From Macrostomum lignano (lineage: Eukaryota), in the NCBI GenBank assembly GCA_002269645.1, contig NIVC01003213.1:46893-110892 (forward strand): a DNA stretch of 64,000 nucleotides, in the 5' to 3' direction. Below, piece by piece: positions 1-16,267 of the stretch. The translations under genes were made by a program, and so were the position numbers. The notes under the pieces were generated by a model, which saw only the letters and a program-made list of their open reading frames with translations, did not search any database and was not told where the DNA came from. How positions within the stretch are numbered: the stretch's first letter is position 1; every line of letters starts with the position of its first letter.

Positions 1-1223
1 TCCCTGGTCTCTTAATCCCCTATCCTGATCCCTGATATCTTAATCCCCTATCCTGATCCCTGATATCTTAATCCCCTATCCTGATCCCTGATCTCTTAAT
101 CCCATATCCTGATCCCTGATCTCTTAATCCCCTATCCTGATCCCTGGTCTCTTAATCCCCTATCCTGATCCATGATATCTTAATCCCCTATCCTGATCCC
201 TGATCTCCTCATCCCATATCCTGATCCCTGATCTCTTAATCCCCTATCCTGATCCCTGATCTCTTAATCCCATATCCTGATCCCTGATCTCTTAATCCCC
301 TATCCTGATCCCTGGTCTCTTAATCCCCTATCCTGATCCCTGATATCTTAATCCCCTATCCTGATCCCTGATCTCTTAATCCCATATCCTGATCCCTGAT
401 CTCTTAATCCCCTATCCTGATCCCTGGTCTCTTAATCCCCTATCCTGATCCCTGATATCTTAATCCCCTATCCTGATCCCTGATCTCCTCATCCCATATC
501 CTGATCCCTGATCTCTTAATCCCCTATCCTGATCCCTGGTCTCTTAATCCCCTATCCTGATCCCTGATATCTTAATCCCCTATCCTGATCCCTGATCTCC
601 TCATCCCATATCCTGATCCCTGATCTCTTAATCCCCTATCCTGATCCCTGATCTCTTAATCCCATATCCTGATCCCTGATCTCTTAATCCCCTATCCTGA
701 TCCCTGGTCTCTTAATCCCCTATCCTGATCCCTGATATCTTAATCCCCTATCCTGATCCCTGATCTCTTAATCCCATATCCTGATCCCTGATCTCTTAAT
801 CCCCTATCCTGATCCCTGGTCTCTTAATCCCCTATCCTGATCCCTGATATCTTAATCCCCTATCCTGATCCCTGATCTCCTCATCCCATATCCTGATCCC
901 TGATCTCTTAATCCCCTATCCTGATCCCTGGTCTCTTAATCCCCTATCCTGATCCCTGATATCTTAATCCCCTATCCTGATCCCTGATCTCCTCATCCCA
1001 TATCCTGATCCCTGATCTCTTAATCCCCTATCCTGATCCCTGGTCTCTTAATCCCCTATCCTGATCCCTGATATCTTAATCCCATATCCTGATCCCTGAT
1101 CTCTTAATCCCCTATCCTGATCCCTGATATCTTAATCCCCTATCCTGATCCCTGATCTCTTAATCCCCTATCCTGATCCCTGATTTCTTAATCCCCTATC
1201 CTGATCCTTGATCTCTTAATCCC
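1..1223. repeat. 28-bp minisatellite (consensus TCCCTGATCTCTTAATCCCCTATCCTGA), truncated by window start
   Basis: About 43 tandem copies read directly, with recurring variants (TGGTCT, TGATAT, CTCCTCATCCCA). Confidence 0.97.
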
Positions 1224-1273
1224 CTCATTGTAAATTAGGATTCCACTTCCTCTGCCTTCGCATTCCTGCGCCT

Positions 1274-4287
<3,014 letters not shown>

Positions 4288-4835
4288 AGAGGCTCGATAT
4301 AAACCGGCTCCACCAACTTTCAATTCTGATGGTACACCCGTAAAAGCTTAAAAGAATCTGTGAATCTGTGTGTACAGCTTGTCATTTGTTTAAATCGTCA
4401 ACTTGAACTCTTGCTTTTTCCTTATCTATAGATATTGTCTTCATATTTATTATAGTCAGTGTAGTTGTTTTTATTATTCCTCTTTATAGGATATAATTTT
4501 TTACTAGCACTGTGAAGGCTTTAAGCTAAAGTTGTAAAATACATCGACGCAAAGTTCAACGCAGTTCAGCTTTTTCTTATAATATTTTTCTTACTCTTAT
4601 TGTCTACCGAAAACATGCTCTTACTTTACTACTTACAAGTAGGACTGTTTGACTGAAGTCGCAATATTTGTGCACCGACTGCGGTTATTAATTCGTTTTA
4701 TTCTTTCAAGAAATAGATAGACTTTTGACACTGTAAGTAGTGCAATTCTGTGTCTTTTTTATGCTGATGTAACGAAAACGACAGTTTGATAATGACGAAT
4801 TTGTTTGTCTTTATTGATAACTTAGAGAAATTAGC

Positions 4836-4872
4836 AGACAGACAGACGGACAGACAGACAGATAGACAGACC

Positions 4873-4918
<46 letters not shown>

Positions 4919-4928
4919 TAGACAGACC

Positions 4929-5026
<98 letters not shown>

Positions 5027-5068
5027 TAGACAGACAGACCGCAGAAAGACAGACGGACAGGCAAACAT

Positions 5069-5110
<42 letters not shown>

Positions 5111-5139
5111 CGCAGAAAGACAGACGGACAGGCAAACAT

Positions 5140-5181
<42 letters not shown>

Positions 5182-5277
5182 CGCAGAAAGACAGACGGAC
5201 AGGCAAACATACAGACAGACAGACAGACAGACAGACAGATAGACAGACCGCAGAAAGACAGACGGACAGGCAAACAT

Positions 5278-5315
<38 letters not shown>

Positions 5316-5344
5316 CGCAGAAAGACAGACGGACAGGCAAACAT

Positions 5345-5382
<38 letters not shown>

Positions 5383-5411
5383 CGCAGAAAGACAGACGGA
5401 CAGGCAAACAT

Positions 5412-5461
<50 letters not shown>

Positions 5462-5490
5462 CGCAGAAAGACAGACGGACAGGCAAACAT

Positions 5491-5524
<34 letters not shown>

Positions 5525-5553
5525 CGCAGAAAGACAGACGGACAGGCAAACAT

Positions 5554-5603
<50 letters not shown>

Positions 5604-5625
5604 CGCAGAAAGACAGACGGACAGG

Positions 5626-5678
<53 letters not shown>

Positions 5679-5813
5679 CGCAGAAAGACAGACGGACAGG
5701 CAAACATACAGACAGACAGGCAAACATACAGACAGAACAGACAGACAGGCAGACAGACAGACAGACAGATAGACAGGCAGACAGACAGACAGACAGGCAG
5801 ACAGACAGACAGC
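4836..5813. repeat. (CAGA)n microsatellite punctuated by a recurring CCGCAGAAAGACAGACGGACAGGCAAACATA block
   Basis: Direct reading; source of the QTDR/CLSV ORFs. Confidence 0.97.
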
Positions 5814-6118
5814 CTGAACAAAAACGTGAGCCTATCTATTCTAATAAGTGCATGTAGAAAAAAGTTTTCAGCATGCTTTTAACGGTTTAACTGTCGATGC
5901 CTCTAAATCTAAGTGAGCAAATTGCACCCCTCATCTTATAAACATTGTATTTCTATGTTTAGAAGTTCATATACATATAGAAGAGCGCTCGACAAACTTT
6001 GCTTTCGCTCAGCTATCTAGTTGAGGCATTTATAAATATTTGATCAATAGGTCTTATAAAATAAATGGCGAGATTTACTAGGGCAGAAATATCCTGAGTC
6101 AACATTTTCTGGGTTCGG

Positions 6119-9100
6119 TCAGGCGCTAGTATTCAGCTCAACTAAGGTTGAGTCGATCAGAGGGACGCCTCCATCAACGGCTGCTGCGGCGGCGGCTGTG
6201 GCTTTAGCTGCTGTTGCTGCTTCCGCGGTGGCGCGTTGCTGTTTGACCAGCCATGGCAACGGCATGGCAATGAAACTGCCGATTAGCATGAAGGCGGCGG
6301 CCGTCAGGTAGGAGGCGTCGAACGAACGGGTGGCATCAAAAATGGCTCCTGTTGATACAGGTGTTAGCGGTGGGTATCTTATTGTTCGCTTCGCTTGCCA
6401 GGTACCTAAGGTAGCGACACTGGCCTGGCCTACTCAAAATATTACAGAACACAAGTTTTTAGTCTCATCCATATTTTTATTTCCACACAGCAGACGCGCT
6501 CATAGATGAGTTTCTGTGCAACACACCTTCCCACACAAGTTTGCATAAATTCTGTGAACCGATATTGGTACCCTAATCTAAATTGCCTGTAGGTCAGACA
6601 ATTAAATGTAGTTGCACCTGTTAATGGAGGTCCCAGCACAACGCCGACAGACTGACAGAGCAGAGTAACGCCGTATGAGTAGCTCAGATTCTCCGGTCCC
6701 AGCAGGTGAGCGCAAACGGCAGGTGTAACAGAAATGAATCCACCTGTACACGTAAGGTTAAGTAGAGAGATGAGCAGCATATGTACACAATGTATGCATT
6801 ATTACACAGGTACACATCAATTGGTTCTAGTGGCATCCAAGGACTTCTAGACTAGTAGACTACTAGACTAGACTAGTTAGTCTAGAAGTCCTTGGTGGCA
6901 TCACTTTCAGATCCCACTGACTGAAGAGTCAAACGACGGGAGAACTGTTGTTAATGTTAATTTTTTATTGGCTCAAGCCAGAATAGCTTGGGGTTGCCCC
7001 TCTGACCCTCAATCTAAAGTAAAACCCATTACTACTGTATTGACAGTGCTCAAAGCTGACCGCTAACTGACTAGCTAACAAGGAAGACGAATTTATTATT
7101 TTTCATTATTAGAGGCAGGGGGCTGTCTGCGCCCTGGCGCAATTCAAGCGACATTGTCACGTACACCACCTGCAAGAGGCATTACTGCCCATTCCGCCGA
7201 CTCCCATGAGCAGGTACATACGAGTAATTAAGCAGGCACACACTCGCACAAGAGTGTACAGCGGCCCCGACTTTATTTATCGTTAGGCATGTACACTTCA
7301 CTGTGCCTTTGGGGGGGGGTGGCCTTCAAAGCCGTTAACTGCACGAGCAGAGCCAAGCCCTCAGACCCTAAGCTCGATGAGAATTGCAAACTCACCAATA
7401 AACAGCCCATAGGCCACGCCGTGTGCCACCATAACTACGTAGGACTCGGACAGCACGGCTCCCAGTGCAGCTAGCCCAGCGCCAAGCATCGTGACGCCCT
7501 GCATCGCGGTCTTGTCAACGGCGCACTTGCACCTGGCCAGTCGGTCTAGCACAAATCCAAAGCCAAATCTACCAGCTACATTGGACGCGCCCATGATTGA
7601 GATGAGCAGAGCCGCCAACAGGCCCGAGTGTCCGGCTTTCCTAGCCCTGTCCGGGGCGTACAGAAATGGCGTATCGAAGCCGAAATCGAACACCAGTTGG
7701 GACAGTAGGAACAGTTGGAAATTCCTGTCGCTTAGCAGCGTCTTCAGCCTCGATAGATGGTCTGAAGAGGATTTATTTTCTGCTGATGCTGACGATGCTG
7801 CTTCTGTTGCTGCTCTTGGTCTTTTTGGCAGCGGTCTCATCAGACTAGCGAACACGACACCATTGAGCATGATGCCAGCTAGGACAAGCAGTGCTCCGCG
7901 CCATGAGTATACGTCCATTAGGTACTCCATGAGAGGGCCGAGTGCAAACATACCTTAAATATGTGTTGCGAGTCAGTTTGAGCAACCCGAATTCTCCACT
8001 AGATCCCTCCATCCCTTAACTCTCTCCGATCCTCTGAAAACACTATGCACTCTCGGGCCCTTTACCTCTGCTTGAGTTGCACGCTCAAGGGACAAGTGTC
8101 GCTTATCACATTGTTGACTAACCAGCAGAATATCTGACTACACATCAGTAGTTTACTACCAGCTACTCTAAAACCATCTTCGTACAGTGGACTGTCTGAT
8201 CCCACACCCTGGTGTGCATGCATAGCTTCTTTAGCTTACCAAGTCCAGAGCCACCAAACGCGATACCCATTGCTGTAGAGCGACGCTTGTCAAAGTATAA
8301 GCCAACAATGACCATTGATGGTAAGTACATCAGGCTAGTGCCGATGCCTGTTCATGTATGTTATAAGAAAATCTGTTATTGAATAAATGAATGTTAAAAG
8401 GGCTCGTAGTTACTCGTAATATTCATTTGTTAGCAGTTTTATTCTTTATGTGCGCATGCATGTACATGTACGTACGTACTGCTACTTAATTCACGCGTCC
8501 TACAGACGGCATTTTTCTAAAAGGTTTCTGCATTTAACCTAAGGGCCAGGTATAGAATCTAGCGAAAGACTGCAAGCCAAAGAGAGAAGAGGGGAGATTA
8601 GAGAGGAAGAGAGAAGCGAGATGAGAGAGGAGAGAGGGAGGGAAGAGGAGAGAGGGATTGAAAGGGGAGAGAGGATCGAGGAGAGGGGAGAGAGGGGTTG
8701 AAAGGCTAGAGAGGATCGAGGAGAGGGGAGAGGGGTTGAAAGGCTAGAGAGGATCGAGGAGAGGGGAGAGAGGGGTTGAAAGGGGAGAGAGGATCGAGGA
8801 GAGGGGAGAGAGGGGTTGAAAGGCTAGAGAGGATCGAGGAGAGGGGAGAGAGGGGTTGAAAGGCTAGAGAGGATCGAGGAGAGGGGAGAGAGGGAAGAGA
8901 GGAGAGGAGAGAGGGAGTGGAGAGGAGAGAGAAGAGAGAGAAGAGGCGAGAGGAAGAGAGGGAAGATGAGAGAGGATAATTAAAAAAATAGGAGAGCTGA
9001 AAGGAGACAAAAACCTTGAGCGTGCCGGATTGCTATTCTGATGTTTCAAAAGGCCCGAAGAACTGAGAGAGGCTTGGCGGGCCGTATGTGGCCTGACCTA

Positions 9101-9686
9101 CAAGGACCTCGTAAAAAGTCTCTTTGACTCCTAGCTACGTGCTAGCAGGTTTTGGGCCTTTGTAAGCCTTGCTACGTGCTAAGTTACTACCGAAGACGAA
9201 TTTAAGTGAACCCTTAGTTACTACCAGGCCCGTTAAATTTCTCACAGCCAACTTGCCCGTGATCACTCCGATGCTGATGAGAAGAACCCACGGTTTGAAA
9301 GCAAAATAAGACAGCGCCAGGCCTGCAGCAGCAACGCAGGCTCCGACCATTGTCACTGGCCGATCGCCGAACCGTCTACTAACTAAACTGACTAGAGGCG
9401 ACCCGCCGAGCTTGATGCCCGTCAGCACCGAGGATGTCCAACCATTTAACTGTCTGGAGACGCCCATCGCCTCGTCCAGGGCTAGCTCGGCCGCGATGAC
9501 GCCGTAAGAGAAAGTAAAGCCGTCCATGAGTACGTGGATGAAGAAGCTGCTGAACACTACAACCCAGCCCCAGCCGCCGTCAGGGGCTTTGTAGGCGACG
9601 CCGCATTCATTCGCAGAATTAATCTCGCTGTCTTGTTCACTTAACGGTGTCACTTCTTCCCGTTCCAGTGAAGTTTCTTCTGGCAT
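6119..9686 (-). CDS. Monocarboxylate transporter family (SLC16/MCT, MFS), 483 aa; exons 9686-9257, 8347-8240, 7953-7396, 6743-6618, 6348-6119
   Basis: N-terminal APDGGWGWVVV motif; reconstructed exon 2 GIGTSLMYLPSMVIVGLYFDKRRSTAMGIAFGGSGLG carries the MCT YF.KRR..A.G.A..GSG motif. All four introns are phase 1; total 1452 nt in frame to TGA at 6121-6119. Paralog identity not resolvable by eye. Confidence 0.95.
6838..6894. mobile_element. 57-bp hAT-type micro-MITE in SLC16 intron 3
   Basis: Perfect 17-bp TIRs (CAAGGACTTCTAGACTA 6838-6854; TAGTCTAGAAGTCCTTG 6878-6894) flanked by the 8-bp direct repeat GTGGCATC (6830-6837, 6895-6902). Confidence 0.7.
8580..8985. repeat. Purine-rich repeat with a ~40-bp unit (GAGGGGAGAGAGGGGTTGAAAGGCTAGAGAGGATCGAGGA), SLC16 intron 1
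   Basis: About 6 unit copies, with degenerate GA-rich flanks. Confidence 0.9.
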
Positions 9687-11278
9687 GATTTACTTTGATC
9701 TAAATAGATCTAGGGCGAAAATTTAAGCAATGGCGGTTCTCAGTCACACGCTATAATGAGCTGCACAGGCTGCACAGCTAGGGGTCTATTGTTTATAACT
9801 CCATCTACGAAGCTGTCTGTGTTCTGAAACTGCAGAGCTTTTATAAGGCCGGCCTTGCCTGCGTAGCGCTACTGTACAATGCGTTTTTTGCGCTCTGCGT
9901 ACGTACAATTGCTGTTCTTTTTCTCTTGCTTTTTCTCTGCCCTATGCAGTTTTATAGATGCACTTTGCTAAACGGCATTTGAACTGCCATTTTTATGTAT
10001 TCCATCAGCTGAGCTTACCAATCAAGTAATCTAAATCCGTAGCTTAGGAAGCTGTCACCTGACCTGAAACCTGATCGATGGGGCAGTCTTGTCATACTCA
10101 TGCCTCATTTATATAGCGATCCACACGAATTGGAACGAATGTTAAGCATTCACTAACACTGCTCATATGGGGTGCACAATATGTTAAATGTGCATGAACA
10201 AGTGGTCCAATTATTTTGCTATCAAGCTCACTTATTGTTACTTCTATAGGTGACGTGACTTTCATTTCATTAGGAATGAAAAGTGGGTAATGCGCACAGA
10301 CGCGTCTATTGGGAAGGATATGATATCTCGGGTCATCTGAAAACCGGTCAGGACTCTAGATCCTATAGCGAGTAAAAAAGTAAAAAGTACATTCTGTACT
10401 TTTGTGAAGGATTGTCTTGAACTGATACATACTTCTATACGAGTTACCTGCCTAATTCATTTGTGCATTATAGTTATCCAGCTAATTTTAAATCAACAGA
10501 CGTTGCTTCTACAGAGAGCAAGGACAACTTAATAACACTCGTAATAATAGTCATTAAGTTGTCCATACCGCTACTGAGTCCGTCCGTCCGCAATATATAG
10601 TAAAGCTGAACGGATACCATTAACTCAAAATTTGAAAACGATCTGATTAGTAAATTAGGAATTGAGGAGTTGGAAGAATGAATGCTATTGCCGTTAAACG
10701 GTCAATTAAAAGTTGTTCGGTTTCTGCTGCTCAGTGGATCGAAATCGTTAGTTTTTAATTGGCTTGACTTTAATCGGAATTTAAAGCTAGACACTTGATT
10801 GGAGGAAGTATTTGGATGAGTCATCGCTAGTGTACACTCCGATCTGAGGGGCAATAAAACGAGGAGGGTTAGGAAAATCCCTCTTGCCCTTACGGCCAGC
10901 CAGACAGGCCCGCCCCTCTGTCCTGGCCGCCCTAAAACCCTAGGCCTTAAAGTCTTAAACCCTACCCCACATTTTCCTATAGGTTAAAAATAAAACAACC
11001 ACCCCAATCTGTCCCTCTACGAAGCGCACACCGCCACAACCCCCAACCCCCAACCCAAAATCCAATCCTGGGGTTTTCCTTCCTTTTTACGCTCGTAGTT
11101 CCTTTCCTTCTCTTGGTCCGGACTTACTATGCACATCTAGCATGCCGAGGCCCTAATAGAGTTACAAAAGGACTCATAAGTTAAGATTATAGGGTAATCT
11201 GTACCAGCAATTAAAATTGGATATTATCTTAATTACTGATAACTAATTAATTAACAGGCATTGATATTTGATAAGCCT

Positions 11279-13023
11279 ATGAATAACGAAGGCCACTCGT
11301 CTGCAGAATCGATATTGATTCCCGTGTACAGCATAGTGCAATGCAGCAACTGTAACACGGCGCAATTGGTTCAAACAGTTTTGCGAAACGTTAACTGGAC
11401 ATGCTGCGCCTGCAATGCTACTTCGGTTCTGTGCAGCTCTACCTCTACTCCGCCCATCGCTAGACCCTGCCAGGTGCAGTCGCTTATTTCATACTTTCTT
11501 TTTCAAGTTTTTTTAAACTAACACAGGAAGACAAATGAATGTGACCATTAGAATCAGATAAATTAGCAAATTAGCTGATTTGTGCCCGAGATCCATAAGT
11601 CGTTGTAACACAAATACGGCAGATGATTTAGTGAGGCTCTAAAATGTAAACTTGCATGGCCATTTGGGTTGCCTTGACGTTTAATTCGTTTTTTTAAAAA
11701 TGTCATAAATCATGCGTGACTTGGGGTTGGCATGGCACAGTATTTACTGATTGCAGATTTACCCAGATAGGTTGTACGAGTATAAACAACGTATCTTCGT
11801 TTTTAGTAGTTAGTTTGTTTTAGTAGTGATTTGTTTTAGTAGTGATTTATATGCTAGCGCCCCAAACCCCCCTAAGTCAGTGGTCAGTGCCACCCTTATA
11901 AATCCTTTCCAGTGCAATGCTTCCCTTCGAAAACACCCTGCCACCTCAGTTTCACCCCCTGAAACCCCTACCACCGTAGTGCCACCCCCTGAAACCCCTA
12001 ACACCTTAGTGCCACCCCCTGAAACCCCTACCACATTAGTGCCACCCCCTGAAACCCCTACCACCTTAGTGCCACCCCCTGAAACCCCTACCACATTAGT
12101 GCCACCCCCTGAAACCCCTACCACCTTAGTGCCACCCCCTGAAACCCCTACCACCTTAGTGCCACCCCCTGAAACCCCTAACACCTTATTGCTACTTTCT
12201 GAAACCCCTATCACCTTAGTGCCACCCCCTGAAACCCTTACCACCTTAGTGCCACCCCCTGAAACCCCTAACACCTTAGTGCCACCCCCTGAAACCCCTA
12301 CCACCTTAGTGCCACCCCCTGAAACCCCTACCACCTTAGTGCCACCCCTGAAACCCCTATCACCTTAGTGCCACCCCTGAAACCCCTGCCACCTCAGTGC
12401 CACCCTGTGCGTGACTGTGCGCTATACTGTGCGTGATTGCAATGCCATTGCAGACCTTTTCCACCTCGCTGTCCGTAGCTTCAATCCTGTCCAACATCGA
12501 TTCCGTCAACGTTAGCAGCATCAGTGGTGCACTGGACAGCATCCATGAGGTCCTTCAGTCGGGCGTTGGCAAACTGTACAGCCTGATTGCTCAACTAGAG
12601 ACCGGAGCAGATCCTAAACTGGTCGTTGAAGCTTTTCGTAGTTACTATCGCGAGGGCCTGTTTGAAAGACTTGTTGGCCTTCTGGCTAACAACAACGATT
12701 GCTACGTAGTTGACTCGGAGAGCCATGAGGTCCCACTGAGTCTTTCGCTTTTCAATCAGCCTCAAGTTCCGGTAGCCACCACTCAGGATTTGCCTGTACC
12801 TCCGTTAGCGATTACGCAGACTTGGCGCCTGGCAACGCCAACGCCAATAGTTCAAGTTGACAAATCCGATATGACGACTACGTCCACAATCTCGATCACC
12901 AAACAGCGACCGAAGCGTCGAAACTTGCTACCGACTTCGAGGACAAATTCCACCGCCAGCGCCAACAAGAAGCCAATAATGTCGGTGGATCTTACTGAAG
13001 AAGATGATAGTGACTGTGAGTAA
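11279..13023 (+). CDS. C4 zinc-finger protein, MRNIP-like N-terminus, ~254 aa; exons 11279-11473 and 12454-13023
   Basis: Exon 1 encodes IVQCSNCNTAQLVQTVLRNVNWTCCACN (CxxC-x14-WTCxxC), resembling MRNIP VLRCCSCRLFQAHQVKKSVKWTCKACG. The phase-0 donor CAG|GTGCAG (11474) fits the acceptor TTGCAG|ACC (12453), giving a continuous frame. The C-terminal part is not recognised. Confidence 0.5.
11940..12405. repeat. 27-bp minisatellite (CCACCTTAGTGCCACCCCCTGAAACCCCTA-type), intronic
   Basis: About 16 copies; yields the PPETPTTLV and VVGVSGGGT ORFs. Confidence 0.95.
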
Positions 13024-13157
13024 AGCTTGTGACTTTCAGGTATTGCATTGAAAGTGAATGTTCCTAGCATTCTAATACGAATAATGATCATATTAAAGTT
13101 ATGCAGTTTTAAAGCCATGGTAAAGATTTTGACTAAAAATACTGTGCAAATGATTAA

Positions 13158-15778
13158 TAGTTACAGAATGTGTTACAGTGGATAGTTACAGAATGTGTTA
13201 TTACAGTGGATAGTTAGAGAGTGTGTTACAGTGGATAGTTACAGAATGTGTTATTACAGTTGATAGTTACAGAGTATGTTACAGTGGATAGTTACAGAAT
13301 GTGTTACAGTGGATAGTTACAGAGTATGTTACAGTGGATAGTTACAGAATGTGTTACAGTGAAAGTTACAGAATGTGTTACAGTGGATTAGTTACAGAGT
13401 GTGTTACAGTGGACAGTTACAGAATGTGTTACAGTGGATAGTTACAGAATGTGTTACAGTGGATAGTTACAGAATGTGTTGCAGTGGATTAGTTACAGAA
13501 TGTGTTACAGTGGATAGTTACAGAATGTGTTACAGTGGATTAGTTACAGAATGTGTTACAATGGATAGTTACAGAATGTGTTACAGTGGATTAGTTACAG
13601 AATGTGTTACAGTCGATATTTACAGAGTGTGTTACAGTGGATAGTTACAGAGTGTGTTACAGTGGATAGTTACAGAGTGTGTTACAGTGGATAGTTACAG
13701 AATGTGTTACAGTGGATTAGTTACAGAATGTGTTACAGTTGATAGTTACAGAGTGTGTTACAGTGGATAGTTACAGAATGTGTTACAGTGGATAGTTACA
13801 GAGTGTGTTACAGTGGATAGTTACAGAATGTGTTACAGTGGATTAGTTACAGAATGTGTTACAGTCGATATTTACAGAGTGTGTTACAGTGGATAGTTAC
13901 AGAGTGTGTTACAGTGGATAGTTACAGAGTGTGTTACAGTGGATAGTTACAGAATGTGTTACAGTGGATTAGTTACAGAATGTGTTACAGTTGATAGTTA
14001 CAGAGTGTGTTACAGTGGATAGTTACAGAATGTGTTACAGTGGATAGTTACAGAATGTGTTACAGTGGATAGTTACAGAATGTGTTACAGTGAAAGTTAC
14101 AGAATGTGTTACAGTGGATTAGTTACAGAGTGTGTTACAGTGGACAGTTACAGAATGTGTTACAGTGGATAGTTACAGAATGTGTTACAGTGGATAGTTA
14201 CAGAATGTGTTACAGTGGATAGTTACAGAGTGTGTTACAGTGAAAGTTACAGAATGTGTTACAGTGGATTAGTTACAGAATGTGTTACAGTGGATAGTTA
14301 CAGAATGTGTTACAGTGGATTAGTTACAGAATGTGTTACAGTGGATAGTTACAGAATGTGTTACAGTGGATTAGTTACAGAATGTGTTACAGTCGATATT
14401 TACAGAGTGTGTTACAGTGGATAGTTACAGAGTGTGTTACAGTGGATAGTTACAGAGTGTGTTACAGTGGATAGTTACAGAGTGTGTTACAGTGGATAGT
14501 TACAGAGTGTGTTACAGTGGATAGTTACAGAGTGTGTTACAGTCGATTTTTACAGAGTGTGTTACAGTGGATAGTTACAGAGTGTGTTACAGTGGATAGT
14601 TACAGAGTGTGTTACAGTGGATAGTTACAGAGTGTGTTACAGTGGATAGTTACAGAATGTGTTACAGTGGATTAGTTACAGAATGTGTTACAGTTGATAG
14701 TTACAGAGTGTGTTACAGTGGATAGTTACAGAGTGTGTTACAGTGGATAGTTACAGAATGTGTTACAGTGGATAGTTACAGAGTGTGTTACAGTGGATAG
14801 TTACAGAGTGTGTTACAGTGGATAGTTACAGAATGTGTTACAGTGGATTAGTTACAGAATGTGTTACAGTGGATAGTTACAGAGTGTGTTACAGTGGATA
14901 GTTACAGAGTGTGTTACAGTGGATAGTTACAGAGTGTGTTACAGTGGATAGTTACAGAGTGTGTTACAGTCGATATTTACAGAGTGTGTTACAGTGGATA
15001 GTTACAGAGTGTGTTACAGTGGATAGTTACAGAGTGTGTTACAGTGGATAGTTACAGAGTGTGTTACAGTGGATAGTTACAGAATGTGTTACAGTGGATT
15101 AGTTACAGAATGTGTTACAGTTGATAGTTACAGAGTGTGTTACAGTGGATAGTTACAGAGTGTGTTACAGTGGATAGTTACAGAATGTGTTACAGTGGAT
15201 TAGTTACAGAATGTGTTACAGTGGATAGTTACAGAATGTGTTACAGTGGATTAGTTACAGAATGTGTTACAGTGGATAGTTACAGAATGTGTTACAGTGG
15301 ATTAGTTACAGAATGTGTTACAGTCGATATTTACAGAGTGTGTTACAGTGGATAGTTACAGAGTGTGTTACAGTGGATAGTTACAGAGTGTGTTACAGTG
15401 GATAGTTACAGAGTGTGTTACAGTGGATAGTTACAGAATGTGTTACAGTGGATTAGTTACAGAATGTGTTACAGTTGATAGTTACAGAGTGTGTTACAGT
15501 GGATAGTTACAGAGTGTGTTACAGTGGATAGTTACAGAATGTGTTACAGTGGATAGTTACAGAGTGTGTTACAGTGGATAGTTACAGAGTGTGTTACAGT
15601 GGATAGTTACAGAATGTGTTATTACAGTTGATAGTTACAGAGTATGTTACAGTGGATAGTTACAGAATGTGTTACAGTGGATAGTTACAGAGTATGTTAC
15701 AGTGGATAGTTACAGAATGTGTTACAGTGAAAGTTACAGAATGTGTTACAGTGGATTAGTTACAGAGTGTGTTACAGT
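13158..15778. repeat. 25/26-bp minisatellite (GTTACAGTGGATA + GTTACAGARTGT)
   Basis: About 100 tandem copies, each built from two GTTACAG-headed half-units. Confidence 0.97.
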
Positions 15779-16267
15779 AGATTGCCGGTTACTGTACTAC
15801 AAAAATTAAAGCCGTAGCTTTAGTACAAATTCTGCTAAATTAAACCAGTGATTAAGAGTCACTTTTAGTATTTGCTTTAATACAAAGCATTTTAAAAAAC
15901 GCTGCTTAAAAAAAGTCTACTGTGAGATCCTGTCAGAACATTCATTACCTTCGCAAATTTTAAGAAGAATTTTTAACTAAGAATTTCTTAACTACGAGTA
16001 TTCCCTTGATTTTATGTCCATATACTAAAAATTATGAAACTATTTATCAATTTCAAAGTAGCATACAGTAGCATTGTATCGTTGTCTGAACGTTTGAATA
16101 AGTTTTTTTTCGCTTTAGTGCACTGCACTTTGTCAAATTTAATAAAAACACCTTGATTTTGTTTTAATAAGCTTCTCAACCAATAGTGCAACTTTTGATG
16201 ATTCTTTTAGTTAATCTTATTTGTTTTGTTTTACCTGCAGATGGCTAGTCACAGTTAATATCAACCT

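Noticed and set aside
11913-12412. PPETPTTLV repeat as a mucin-like coding exon (in-frame acceptor at 11912)
   Set aside because: Two single-C deletions (~12347, ~12375) break the frame, and even if corrected a TGA at 12412 blocks read-through. The direct 11473-12454 splice is simpler. An alternative terminal exon is not excluded.
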